Source: Eledone cirrhosa (taxonomy: Eukaryota). From it: a stretch of DNA of 64,000 bases. Below, in pieces: positions 29,761 to 42,317 of the stretch (the stretch's first letter is position 1; every line of letters starts with the position of its first letter). The DNA lies in the NCBI GenBank assembly GCA_964016885.1, contig OZ024751.1, positions 43,028,001-43,092,000 on the forward strand. The letters run 5' to 3'. Under the pieces are notes generated by a model, which ran no database searches, was not told where the DNA came from, and worked only from the letters and a program-made list of their open reading frames with translations. The position numbers and the translations under genes were made by a program.

Positions 29761-30717
29761 ACTAGACATGAAAAATGCGCAAGCTCAAAAGTGCCACAGA
29801 ATGTTATAATAAACCTTCAAAAGTGTGGGACTAGAGTTGTTGCTAAAAAATATTGTAATCATTATATATCGTACATTCTGTGGCATCCTTTATAAAAATA
29901 GCTTAAACCAACGAAGCCTTTATTTTTACGCTATTTCACTTAGTTAATTCTTAGAGTGTAACATATAAAAATATGATTTACAACTATAAAATAAATTAAT
30001 TAATATAATAACAGAGCTGCGGAGCTGAAATTTAGGAAATAATGGAGTATCGGATCCTGAGTTGGAGCCAGTCAATTTTTGGCCGACTCCGCAGCCCTGT
30101 ATAATACATTTCATATTAAAGTTATTAATAAACCTATTTTACACTTCATGCAAATTACCACGAGATATTGATATTAGATATAAGATACAGCGCAATATCT
30201 ACAGCTATAAAAGTACGAAAGCGAAGTAATAATAAGTGGCTTAAGGTAATTCCAATATGAAAGTTTGTAGTGATAAAAATTTGATAATGCAATACGATTG
30301 TTAATATTATAGTTCTATGAAAATGTAACAATAGATAACTAAATTATTTTACTATTAGTATATTTAAGAAATTATCATTATAGATTTGATCGTTCATATA
30401 AGCATCATATTAAGTTTCAACACAATTATTTTGTTACTATGAGTATATGATAATAATATTACGTAATTATTTATAGCTGTTATTACATTAAACATAGATG
30501 TATTTATTTTTATATGTTACACTCTAAGAATTAACTAAGTGAAATAGCGTAAAAATAAAGGCTTCGTTGGTTTAAGCTATTTTTATAAAGGATGCCACAG
30601 AATGTACGATATATAATGATTACAATATTTTTTAGCAACAACTCTAGTCCCACACTTTTGAAGGTTTATTATAACATTCTGTGGCACTTTTGAGCTTGCG
30701 CATTTTTCATGTCTAGT
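29761..30717. repeat. 213-bp inverted repeat (29761-29973 / 30505-30717) with 531-bp spacer
   Basis: ACTAGACATGAAAAATGCGC... versus ...GCGCATTTTTCATGTCTAGT; no mismatch noticed by eye. Confidence 0.9.
30012..30099. mobile_element. Small hAT-type MITE
   Basis: TIRs CAGAGCTGCGGAG / CTCCGCAGCCCTG; flanks TATAATAA / TATAATAC (7 of 8, hAT-length TSD). Confidence 0.6.
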
Positions 30718-31273
30718 TTAATATTTTTTTAAGGCAACGCTTGTAATAACTCTAGTTAAACAGGATATATATTAATAATAAATTATCGTTGTAATGTAAT
30801 TAGATTATGTAATTGTTATTATAAATTATCTTATAAATATTAGTGTAAGATGTATAAAAATATTTTCAGACTTTTAATATAAACAACTACAAAAAACAAT
30901 CAATATTAAATCAATATATTATACATAATAGAAAACATAAAATATACAATACAAAAACAAAATATTTACATACAATTGCAATTATCAGTGTATATACATT
31001 TTCTTTATATTCCCTGAGCAAATTAATAAGATTTGTTTTTATTGTACATAATTTGATGACTTGTTGGAGTGTATTAAAAGATAGCAACAATTTGTGATTA
31101 AATTGTTATCTTAAGCAACTCACTTTTTAATAGTTGTTGGCTGAGCGAAATTGTAAAAGCCTATGAGCAAATATAAAAAAAAATACACAAACAACATTTC
31201 CTTGTGTTATTACAACATTAGATAAAATAATTGAGCAATGTCGTTATATTTTGCTCTTATTGCACATTAATAG

Positions 31274-31440
31274 TGTTTCTATTTTTCGGCACAAATCCAT
31301 TACGGCAGTCCATTACTGGTACTTTATTTTATCGAATTAGTAAGTATGAAAGTCGAAGTTAACCTCGGCAGGATTTGAACTTAGAATGCAAAGGACCATA
31401 ACAATACTGCAAAGCATGGTGTCTGACGCTCTACCAATAC
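31274..31440 (-). mobile_element. Diverged SINE copy
   Basis: ACTGGTACTTTATTTT...AACCTCGGCAGGATTTGAAC. Confidence 0.65.
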
Positions 31441-31831
31441 TTGTGTTGAGCTGGTCATTAATTTATGGTGGTCGTGCGTGGAGTAGAGCAATCGCTAGTT
31501 GAAATATTATGAACAAAACATTTTTATTTGCCGAAGAACATATTTTCAATACTGTTTGTGAATGTGACGAAGGAAATACATTCTGATATGGAACAGTGTA
31601 CAAAGTGTGTCTGTGAATAACATAATGTTACCTCATGTTGTTGTCAAGACATAATGGATTTCGTATATCCAGTTAGAAGATGAAACCTAGCCATCTCGGA
31701 TTAGTTATATTTCATGCCATGTGTAAACGTGTTTGAGGATAGCAAAATATGCGCGTTAATTATAATAATTAGTTAATAATATTACAAAATATACCTAATT
31801 AAACTCTTTGCTTGAAATTTTATCATTCTTC

Positions 31832-31896
<65 letters not shown>

Positions 31897-33324
31897 GAGA
31901 TTTATCTAGTCCTTCGCTCAAGATTAATCTATAAGTTTAGATGTTTGCCTTCGTTTAAGTAAATATTACAGTAAGATTTTTAATATAAACAACTACAAAA
32001 AACAATTAATATTAAAACGAAAAAATTATCAATGATAAAAGAAGCGGATGCAACTTTTTTTTTTATAAAGTTATATTCCTGTTTCTTTAAAGAACATTTC
32101 ATTTTTGTTCTATTGTAGGCGAAATAATGCAATGGTTTAATAGGGAAGATATAACTTACGAATTATGTCTCTAACCATGTAACGCTTTTTAAGTAGATAA
32201 CTACAATTGAAAATACTAAAGAAATGGAACCAACAATTCAATTTGAAAGTCGTCTAGTGACAGTGTATTACTGGTACTTTATTTTATCGACCCCGTAACG
32301 ATGAAAGGCAAAAATGCAAATGCTTAAAATTTAAATTGCCTTAATTCTATCGTCTGCTGTTTCATTAAAGGGAGATTATCGTCTGTATTTAATTCTATCG
32401 TCTACTGTTCCACTAAACAGATATACCTCCACTATCGTCTCTATTTATACATTTTAACTTATAACTTATACACATTTGATTTGAAATATTTTATCTAGTC
32501 CCCCCTCTCAATATTATGATGATTTCTTTCGAATGAAACAGTTCTAGTCCTGTAGAAGCCATTTATATATATAATTGAACTGAGTTAAAAATTCACAATA
32601 TTTATAATTAAATAAGCTCATATATATATGTGTGTATTTATCTGTTTATTGTATTATATATAATGTGTGTATATACAGGATGTCCCCCAAAAATATATAC
32701 ACACTTCAACAGCATTCTAATAACTATTGCCTGTACAGGTAATCAAAGTGTCAATCGAATGTTAGTTTCGTGTTTTAACAGTACAAATTTACAATACACA
32801 CATAAAACCAGTGTATATACATACATGAGAGTGTATACACATACATGAATGTGTATATACAATATATATGTATATATATATATATATATATAGACACATA
32901 TATTCACGGTGCAACGGTACATTAAAATATAGATGCGGGAGAGGGGGGGTGTATATATAGGGGCGCTGGGGATAAAGGAGTGTAAAGCGTGTGTAATTGA
33001 TATATTGAAGGAGAGGAGCGTGCAGCGATAGAGTAACAAATATATAGAGAGGGGGAGAGATGGTATTGAAGGGGAGGAGTGCAAAGCGAAAGAGTAAGAG
33101 ATATATATAGAGACGGAACAGATAGAGAGAAACAGGCGTAAGTAACAGTGGAAGAGATATAGAGAGAGGTACTCTGATTGGTTGAAAATTAGCCAATGAC
33201 ATACGATCACCACCACCACGGCTATCCCCGAAAATTTTTTAAAGAAGCTAGGCATATATGTTAGAACACGAAAAGTGAACATTCTGTTGTTTCACACTTT
33301 TCGTGTTCTAACAGATATATATAC

Positions 33325-33385
<61 letters not shown>

Positions 33386-33598
33386 TATGCATATATATAA
33401 GTATGTGTACGTACATACATATATGTATACAGACGTACAGTAGTATATATATACATACATGCACACATATATATATGTACGTATGGATTCACCGAACATT
33501 TATTATAATGCTCGGTGTGTTTGTAAACAAACATCCCGTATTAAGCCGTACAGTGTCCAGCAACCATCGTTGCTCGCTTGTTTAACACTGACAAAGGA

Positions 33599-33641
33599 AC
33601 GCTGTACTAGTTTCAAGCTTATTAGCTATCGTCAGCAACGT
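33599..33641 (-). ncRNA. Hammerhead motif, family G
   Basis: RC: ACGTTG-CTGACGA-tAGCT aata AGCTt-GAAA-CTAG-TA-CAGCGT; second copy 60844-60886 has GAAA changed to AAAA. Confidence 0.75.
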
Positions 33642-33765
33642 ATACCTTCCTGCCAGATGATTGAACGTCTGAAAGTATATACTTTCCTTATGCATATTAA
33701 CGGCTGAGCAGCCTAATTTGCATATCGAGTGGGTTAATTAGCCGGGTGCACCGAAAACGATAAAC

Positions 33766-33829
<64 letters not shown>

Positions 33830-33846
33830 TATATATATATATATAA

Positions 33847-33887
<41 letters not shown>

Positions 33888-34250
33888 CATCATCTCACCA
33901 GAAGCCCAACATTCTTTATGTAGGCGGACAGTACCTGATTTGGAGTCGCAGAAACCAATACTGGATTTTACCATCAGTCCAGGGTCCGGGAAAGTATCAA
34001 CACATATATTTTTATTGTTTGACCCGAATTACTTGGTCGTTTTGTTTTGGCTGTGCGGATGATATGTTTAACCATCATCTCAGTGTGTTTGGCCCTTAAC
34101 GTATGTTGTAGCTCTGATTCATATGATTCATCGAGCGCTTGCCACACATATCGGACGTTGATTTTCGTTAATTCCTGAGCTGAAAACGATTCTCGCTAAT
34201 TTATATTTGTATTTATATTTATATATATATATATATATATATAAATATTT

Positions 34251-34293
<43 letters not shown>

Positions 34294-35012
34294 TGATATA
34301 TAGGTTCGATCATTGCATCGATCGTGCCTCGAGCTGGTCGCCAGAGAAACGATTGTAGTATGTCTAATAAATTTTAATTCGTCGCACCACTGATTCTCCG
34401 TTTCTTATGTGATATATATATATATATATATATATAGGCACACAATATGTGTTGATATTGTTGTTGTTGTTGATGTTATTGTTGTTGTAGGCTGCGAGCA
34501 ATTGTTTGACTGATATTTCACTTTGAATTACGCAATTCTTCAGCACTCGAACTACAAACAAGTTCAAAATTAACATTAAAGTCCCTGCGTTCAACAATGT
34601 AACATCTGACCTTGAACTTCGCTACCATTAAAACGATGACTTGGTCTCTATCATCATTCCATCTACGTGAATCCAGGTCAGCCTCTGAAAGATATCAGAA
34701 TACAGGTTTATATTGATGAATCTAAGGAGACTGAAATGTAAAACTAACATATTTAATATCCCAAATCTCATAATGACATGAAAAACCATTGACATTTCTT
34801 CTCCTCTTCTTCGCCCACATATTCCTGAGAAGGTCGTAGAAACAGAGTCCTCAAACAATCCTTCCAACGGGTCCTGTCAGAAGTAACCCTCTTCAACTGA
34901 TCCGGCTATATCCCGAAAACGTGACCAGCCAACCTCATGGATGTTATCCAACCATCTTGCTCAGGGTCTACATTATATAATTGACATTGTGTAAAAATAA
35001 AAATGATAAAAA

Positions 35013-35203
35013 CGGCGGTGGATTGGCAGTATCAGTAGAGGGTCGGACGCCATGCTTTGCAGCAAAGAGTTACGGCCCTTTATGGTCTGAGCTCAAATCC
35101 CGCCGAGGTTAACTTTGCCTTTCGTCCTTACGGAGTCGATAAAATAAAGTACCAGTAATACACTGGAGTAATTGCTGGCATTGTGCCAAAAGTAGAAACA
35201 ATT
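35013..35203 (+). mobile_element. Full-length tRNA-derived SINE
   Basis: GGCGGTGGATTGGCAGTATC...GAGCTCAAATCCC...GTACCAGT...AGAAACAATTAT. Confidence 0.8.
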
Positions 35204-35631
35204 ATATAAAAATAATTGAACAGTATGTAATAAAAATAATACACAATATTAAAGGGAACAAAAAACGTAACAGAAAGGAAAACAAGAAAAAGGAAAAGAA
35301 GGAAAAGGAAAAAGAGATCAACCAATGAAAGAAAGGGAGATAGGGGTGGAAGAGATGCGTTAGGGTTAGAGTCAGTCTACGCGGTGCTTCAGCCGCTTTC
35401 GTTTCTCTCTTTCACATACATGTTTTGCTTTGTTTATGAAATTCTAACAATTTACAATTACGTAATTTTCTAATACTTTCATATCTATTTTTAAATAAGT
35501 TTTTTTTTTCTCTGGTTTCAACACGAAACTTTCTAAATTTGAATGTTATACGTGGGGGTCAAATCCTTATCTGCGGTTGTTTATAATGCAAACGAATCGA
35601 ATGTTATTAATATTCGAAAAACTCAGATTAC

Positions 35632-35675
<44 letters not shown>

Positions 35676-35677
<2 letters not shown>

Positions 35678-36047
35678 GTAGGTCCCCGGTTGAGTCGGGG
35701 ATAACCACAGTAAGTAAGGTACTCAATACATGGCAGAGTAAATTTTTTTTATTTTATAGAAGGAGCTTCTACAGGACTAGTACTGTTTCATTCAGATGAA
35801 ATCTTCAGGAAGCTGGGTGTCATATTCAGTTCTGGTATTTATACATTTAGGTAGTGGCAAGGGAGGGTGGTGGATGGGGGCGGGGGGTATTTAGATATAT
35901 TTGTATCTAAATACCCCCCCCCCATCCACCACCCTCCCTTGCCACTACCTAAATGTATAAATACCAGAACTTAATATGACACCCAGCTTCCTGAAGATTT
36001 CATCTGAATGAAACAGTACTAGTCCTGTAGAAGCTCCTTCTATAAAA

Positions 36048-36060
<13 letters not shown>
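35676..36060. mobile_element. Family A asymmetric palindrome with intact hammerheads at 35764-35814 (-) and 35985-36035 (+)
   Basis: About 155-bp arms centred near 35900; AGCTTC-CTGAAGA...GAAA...TA-GAAGCT in each arm; (TA)n both sides. Confidence 0.85.
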
Positions 36061-36079
<19 letters not shown>

Positions 36080-36086
36080 TGTATAC

Positions 36087-36154
<68 letters not shown>

Positions 36155-36178
36155 TTATTTATTAAAATAACAGATTAA

Positions 36179-36229
36179 AGTTTAAGCAAAGAATCGCTGC
36201 TTTCACCCTTAACGGGATCTTCTGAAACT
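36179..36229 (-). ncRNA. Hammerhead-like motif, family J, with CAGAAGA core
   Basis: RC: AGTTT-CAGAAGA-tCCC gttaa GGGt-GAAA-GCA gcgattctt TGC-TT-AAACT; copies at 45806-45856 and 29263-29313. Confidence 0.6.
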
Positions 36230-36365
36230 AAAAACCGATTTTTGCTTAAACTTTAATCTGTTATTTTTATAAATATTTGCTCTACGGTTCTCATATATTT
36301 GATATATATTTATCCTTATCGAGCCCTCTTTGGATTTTAGTCTTCAAATTTATTATTATTATTAT

Positions 36366-36433
<68 letters not shown>

Positions 36434-36636
36434 AATTCGTACGGGCTAAAAGAAATAAGTAAATAAATGTCATATGGCTGTGCATCGCAGAAGATAGTCT
36501 GTATCATTTGTCTATTATTTCTCCATAATTGCATTTTAAACTTATGGCCTCGTTTAAATGATTTTTTTATGTGGTTAATTTATACGGAATGGGAGAAGAA
36601 ATATTGTATATATCTTATCTAATAGTTCTTCAGACT

Positions 36637-36700
<64 letters not shown>

Positions 36701-36701
36701 C

Positions 36702-36795
<94 letters not shown>

Positions 36796-36855
36796 GTATA
36801 TATATATATATACATATATATATATACATATATATATATGTATATATTCTTCTTC

Positions 36856-36902
<47 letters not shown>

Positions 36903-36959
36903 TAATAATATATACATATATATATATGTATATATTATTATTATTATTATTGTTGTTAT

Positions 36960-37275
36960 TCCTTGAATCTCAGTCATTGATGTTGGTTAACTGGAAAGTC
37001 CGTTGGATTGAATATCAAGCCACTACCTGCAGCCTCAGATATTCAGGACGTATCGGAGGGTTCTTGCTGTTCCAAGCAAGCATGCCTTTTGAAGCGTTCC
37101 AAAAAGCGTGAAGGGGCCGATTTTCTTTAACCATCCCTGGAAACTTTTGGAGATAGTCCCCAGTGCGCCTATGACAATCGGGATCACTTTGACTTCATGG
37201 CAGTTCCAAATCCTTTTCACCTCCCACTTTAGGTCCTGGTATCGGTTAATGTTCTCCCTCTCCTTCTCTTGCACT

Positions 37276-37278
<3 letters not shown>
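36960..37278 (-). mobile_element. 5'-truncated R4/Dong-like element (different family) in (TAA)n
   Basis: [40 protein letters not shown] aligns to the C-terminus of the 37458 ORF; (TTA)n on both sides. Confidence 0.85.
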
Positions 37279-37317
<39 letters not shown>

Positions 37318-37457
37318 TGCATTTATCTTGCTTTATGTTTATACGAGTTATCACCAAGTCACAACCAGTGACCTCAAGAGACAACAAGGTCCGCCATGTT
37401 CAAGAAAGAACACACATATTCACACATGCATCCTTAGTGTTTAGACTTGTGATGTAC

Positions 37458-39290
37458 TTATATTGACAGGATCTTCCTTAGTATATGGGCAGTTCCCATT
37501 AGTACTATCTTTTGTATTTCTCCTATACGCGGGTTTCCTGGGATTTGCGATAAGTAGTCGTTAGACCCCTTAGGTATCATTCCCAGAGCGCCTACAACCA
37601 CTGGTATTGTTTTAGTTCTCAATTTCCACATTTTTCCAATTTCTATCTCCAGGTCCTTATACTTGCTCAATTTTTCAAATGTTTTTATAGATACATTCTT
37701 GTCTATTGGAACAGACATATCAATTAGCAGGCATACCCTCCTTTGAAAGTCCTTCAATATTATATCAGGTCTATTTGCATCTATTTTTCGGTCTGTTTGG
37801 ATTCTAAAGTTCCACAAGATTGAGATGTGATCTTTTTCAAGTATGGGAGGTGGTTGATGCTCCCACCAATTCTTTTGATGGGGCAGGTCAAAATGCTTAC
37901 ACATTATCCAATGTATGTATTGTGCAGCTCTGTCATGCCTGTTTAGGTATTCGGTTGGAGCTATAGGACTGCACATTGAAATTATATGGTCAATGGTCTC
38001 TGGTTGTTTTTTGCATACACGGCATAGTGGGCTGCACCCATTTTTTATTATGTTGGCTTGGTAATTTTTTGTTGGCAGACACTGATCTTGTGCGGATATA
38101 ATCAGTCCTTCAGTCTCCGATTTCAGTCCAGAGGATGCCAACCACTGATGGGTTAAAGTTTTGTCAACATCAGGATTGTTAGCTCGCTCTGGGTATTTTC
38201 CATACAGAGGCTTTTCTTGCCATTTCTTAGCCAGTTTCTGTAGCAGTTCTTTCTTTGCAGTTACTTTTACCTGCTTTGCTTTTTCTGTGTTTTCCATTTC
38301 AGCAGTAAATGGGACTTCTGAAATTTGTAGTCCATTACTGTATCTTTGTGCATCTTTTGTAATGGAATATGATCTTTTGGTGCTTTCGTGTTTCAAAACG
38401 AGTTTGATCATCCAATCATGTGATTCCCTTAGATATGTGGATAATCCAATTGTTGCAGTTTTCAACGCAATGTCTAACTGGATTAACCCACGTCCTCCTT
38501 CTTTCCTAGGGAGATATATTCTATCTATGTCTGCCTTAGGGTGATGCATTCTGTGCATGGTTAAGAATTTTCGGATTTTTGTATCGAGCCTACGGATCTC
38601 TGTGCTTGACCAGTTGATGACATTGTAACTGTAGGTTACTACTGGTATGGCAAGCGTGTTTATGGCATCGATCCTATTCCTTGCATTCAATTCCGTTCTT
38701 AAGATTGCTCTGACTCTGCGGTAACATTCCTTCCTTATCCTTTCCCTCATTGTCGAGTGCTTGATTCCGTCTCCTTCACAAACACCTAGATATTTGTAAG
38801 TTTGTTCTTGATCAAGCTCTCTTATCACGTTCCCCCGATCAAGATTAATGTCTGAACTCTTCAGCAGCTTTCCTCTGGTGAACGTTGCTTTGGCGCATTT
38901 ATCCAGTCCAAACTCCATTTTAATGTCATCACTGAACTGCTTCACAGTGGATAATAGCCCTTGCAATTGTTCATCATTTTTTGCAAATAGTTTCAGGTCA
39001 TCCATGTAGAACAGGTGATTAATGGTTTTGTCATAGACTCTATATCCATGTTTTGTTTCATTGAGCATTTTACTTAATGGTATAAGTGCGATGCAGAATA
39101 AAAGCGGTGATAAAGAGTCACCCTGAAAAATTCCACAATTAATGTTAACTTCTCCAGCTTCCAGTGATTTTGTTTCACTATTCAAAAGGAGTGTCGTTCT
39201 CCATGTCCTCATACTGAATGACAAAAACCTCCTGACAACGGGGGATATTTTGAAAATCTCTAAACATTTTTCAATCCAACTGTGTGGCAA
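37458..39290 (-). CDS. R4/Dong ORF, C-terminal half: RT, CCHC knuckle, restriction-like endonuclease
   Basis: GIFQGDSLSPLLF, YMDDLK, YKYLG, CRVC..ETIDHIISMC, RHD, RPDII..LIDMSVP..EKLSKY. Confidence 0.9.
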   Translation of the reverse strand: MPHSWIEKCLEIFKISPVVRRFLSFSMRTWRTTLLLNSETKSLEAGEVNINCGIFQGDSLSPLLFCIALIPLSKMLNETKHGYRVYDKTINHLFYMDDLKLFAKNDEQLQGLLSTVKQFSDDIKMEFGLDKCAKATFTRGKLLKSSDINLDRGNVIRELDQEQTYKYLGVCEGDGIKHSTMRERIRKECYRRVRAILRTELNARNRIDAINTLAIPVVTYSYNVINWSSTEIRRLDTKIRKFLTMHRMHHPKADIDRIYLPRKEGGRGLIQLDIALKTATIGLSTYLRESHDWMIKLVLKHESTKRSYSITKDAQRYSNGLQISEVPFTAEMENTEKAKQVKVTAKKELLQKLAKKWQEKPLYGKYPERANNPDVDKTLTHQWLASSGLKSETEGLIISAQDQCLPTKNYQANIIKNGCSPLCRVCKKQPETIDHIISMCSPIAPTEYLNRHDRAAQYIHWIMCKHFDLPHQKNWWEHQPPPILEKDHISILWNFRIQTDRKIDANRPDIILKDFQRRVCLLIDMSVPIDKNVSIKTFEKLSKYKDLEIEIGKMWKLRTKTIPVVVGALGMIPKGSNDYLSQIPGNPRIGEIQKIVLMGTAHILRKILSI

Positions 39291-39294
39291 ACTA

Positions 39295-41109
39295 TCAAAT
39301 GCTTTTTTTATAATCTATCCAAGCAATCGATAGATTTTTGTGTCTATTATGACAATCTTCCAGTATCATTTTGTTAACCAGAAGCTGATCCTTACAGCCA
39401 TATGAGCCTCGTTTACACCCTTTCTGCTCAATGGGAAATAGGTCATTTGTTATCAGGTGGTCATATGTGTATTCAGTTAGGACTGATGTTAAAATTTTAT
39501 ACATTGTGGTCAAGCAGGTTATCGGTCTGTAATTTTTGGGATTGTTTGTCTCATCATTCTTCGGTAGCAGGAATGTAATGCCGTTAACTAGCCATGATGG
39601 TATCTTTTCTGGCTCCTTAACTATTTCATTGTAAAGTTGGGCTAACAGCTCATGAGACTCTGTGAAGGCATTTATCCAAAAGTTTTGTATTTTGTCTTTT
39701 CCTGGGGATTTCCATTTGCTGGTTTTTCTTAGAGCCAAGCGCAGCTGTTCAACTGTTATATTTTCCCATGTTTGTTCTTCAAGGTGAGCTGTTTCTTTCA
39801 TTTGTCTGTCTATCCATGGGGCATGTATGTTATGAACTTTTTCTTCGGCCCAGATCTTTTCCCAGAATTCTTGCACTTCCTCCTTGGGTGGTATTGATTT
39901 AGCAGTTATTGTTGACTTACCAATTTTTCTGTAGAAGTTTCTTTGGTTGTTTTTGAACATATTATTGTCCTTATAGAATCTAGATCGTTTTTCAAAGCGC
40001 CTTATACGAGCAGCTTTGGCCGACACTTTTTGCTTGATTGTTTCTATCAGCATGTCTATGTCACATGTTGATCTTATACTGTACTTTTTTTTTAATTTTC
40101 TAAGTTTAGTTTGTTTAACATGTTCACCTACTTTATAGTTTGTTAAAATTTCTATGTCAGATCGGAGAAGGTTTATTTGGCGATTGATGTTATCTTGCCA
40201 AGTAGATTTCTTGTGGGAATTCCTTTGTTTTTTCATCTTCACTCCACATAAGTGAGTGGTGACTTTAGCCGATGCATAATAGAGATGATTTAAGTCAGTA
40301 ATGTTTATTTTGTTTGTGATGATAATGTTTTTGAGAATTATGTTAGTCTTGTGTATTATCTTTTGGTTCTGTTTGGAGTTCTGGATCTTAGGGAGGGTGT
40401 CTCGTTCCCCCATGTCAGATTCTTTCATTTTCATCCATTCGATCATAATTTCATCCTTCAAGTTGGCAAGTTCATTCTCATTCATTTCTTTATCATTTAC
40501 GATCTCATTATTTTCATTTGGAGTTTCATCCTGAGCATGCACTCCCTCCACTTTTTCGCTCCTTTCTTTAATTTGTTCTGTTGCCAGTGATTCCGCCCCA
40601 ACTCTGGGATTCGAAGTGTTACAGTTTACCTCGTTTTCACTGACACATGCTTCATTTTCCCTTCGCTGACTTTGTGCTACTAGCTTGATCTGATCAATTT
40701 CTATATCAGTTAGTAACTTTTTTCTTACAATATTTCTTCGTATATTGGCTAGTTTGTTACTGTCAATATAGCCTCTGTTTTCGGGATGTTTCTTTTTCCA
40801 GTTGATATATGTTTGCTCTGTATTCGATGTATTTGATGGGTAGTACATGGCAGTGTAGAAAGCCTCAAGGACTTCTTTATTATCTTCCCTTGACCATTTT
40901 TCTCTCTTTTTCTTTGGATTTCTTGGTGGTGAGCATGGAGGGCCAACAGTAGGAGTATTCCGGTTATGGGAGGTCTCCAGCTCCGAAGTGATGGGAAGGT
41001 TTGAACCATTAGCTGATTTTTCGACCCCAGTCTGGTTCCTCTCTGAGGGACGCGGCCCTTTTTTACCCGGGTGACGGCCGATCCGGTATGAGATTTCATC
41101 ATTAGACAT
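39295..41109 (-). CDS. R4/Dong ORF, N-terminal half to start of RT (frameshift at 39303-39309)
   Basis: WKSPGKDKIQNFW, NYRPITCL, EQKGC, WIDYKK. Confidence 0.85.
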   Translation of the reverse strand: MSNDEISYRIGRHPGKKGPRPSERNQTGVEKSANGSNLPITSELETSHNRNTPTVGPPCSPPRNPKKKREKWSREDNKEVLEAFYTAMYYPSNTSNTEQTYINWKKKHPENRGYIDSNKLANIRRNIVRKKLLTDIEIDQIKLVAQSQRRENEACVSENEVNCNTSNPRVGAESLATEQIKERSEKVEGVHAQDETPNENNEIVNDKEMNENELANLKDEIMIEWMKMKESDMGERDTLPKIQNSKQNQKIIHKTNIILKNIIITNKINITDLNHLYYASAKVTTHLCGVKMKKQRNSHKKSTWQDNINRQINLLRSDIEILTNYKVGEHVKQTKLRKLKKKYSIRSTCDIDMLIETIKQKVSAKAARIRRFEKRSRFYKDNNMFKNNQRNFYRKIGKSTITAKSIPPKEEVQEFWEKIWAEEKVHNIHAPWIDRQMKETAHLEEQTWENITVEQLRLALRKTSKWKSPGKDKIQNFWINAFTESHELLAQLYNEIVKEPEKIPSWLVNGITFLLPKNDETNNPKNYRPITCLTTMYKILTSVLTEYTYDHLITNDLFPIEQKGCKRGSYGCKDQLLVNKMILEDCHNRHKNLSIAWIDYKKSI

Positions 41110-41200
41110 CTACCTTATTTTGTCGCGTTTTATCCTTAACCGCCAAGGGGTAATCTTTTCGTGTTACCACTTCTAGAACGAGTGTCAACCAAGATCTATC

Positions 41201-41327
<127 letters not shown>

Positions 41328-41812
41328 GCAAGTCTGAAGAACTATTAGATAAGATATATACAATATTTCTTCTCCCATTCCGTATAAATTAACCACATAA
41401 AAAAATCATTTAAACGAGGCCATAAGTTTAAAATGCAATTATGAAGAAATAATAGATAAATGATACAGACTATCTTCCGCGATGTACAGTCATATGACAT
41501 TTATTTACTTATTTCTTTTAGCCCGTACGAATTGACTAGACAGATAATTAATTACACGGAGTTAGGTACAATATATATATATATATAAATACAAATAAAA
41601 TTATCGAGAATCGGAACTTCGGCCCACGAAATAACGAAAAACAATCTTCGAAATGTGCGGCAAAGTGCTCAATGGTTCGGATGAACCAGAGCTATAACTA
41701 ACGTTTAATACCAACACACTGAGACGATGCTTAAACAATCATTCGCACAGCCAAAAAAATACGATCACGTAATTCGGGTCAAACAAATAAAAATATATAT
41801 GATTGATATATA

Positions 41813-41875
<63 letters not shown>

Positions 41876-42174
41876 ACATATATATATATATAATATCAAT
41901 AATATTAATTATTGGAAAATATCTTTATAAAACCATAATTATTTTATTATACGTATTTCACATGAAGACATGTCACCATCTTAACATCAATTATTATATT
42001 TCATCTGACGAAAGCGTACTTATATGGTTTTATAAAGATATTTTCCATTTATTAATATTATTTACATTAATGATATTCCGAATAAACACTGTTGAGTGCT
42101 TCTAATCTGTTGTAAAATTAACTTTGTTGAATAATCAACAAATCAAATAAGTAATTGTTTATATATATGTGTGT

Positions 42175-42317
<143 letters not shown>

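Larger units (their letters stand above)
37317..41200 (-). mobile_element. Full-length R4/Dong-clade non-LTR retrotransposon inserted in (TAA)n
   Basis: Single split ORF with short UTRs; (TTA)n at 37279-37316 and 41201-41247; TAA targeting is established for Dong-type elements. Confidence 0.9.

Noticed and set aside
35013-35110. tRNA gene
   Set aside because: A/B-box-like head of a multi-copy SINE; no proper cloverleaf
38161-40590. Plus-strand ORFs inside the R4/Dong element
   Set aside because: Antisense shadows of the long coding frame
41020-41200. HDV-like ribozyme at the R4 element 5' end
   Set aside because: Known in some related elements, but I could not assemble the nested double pseudoknot by eye; needs an Infernal search
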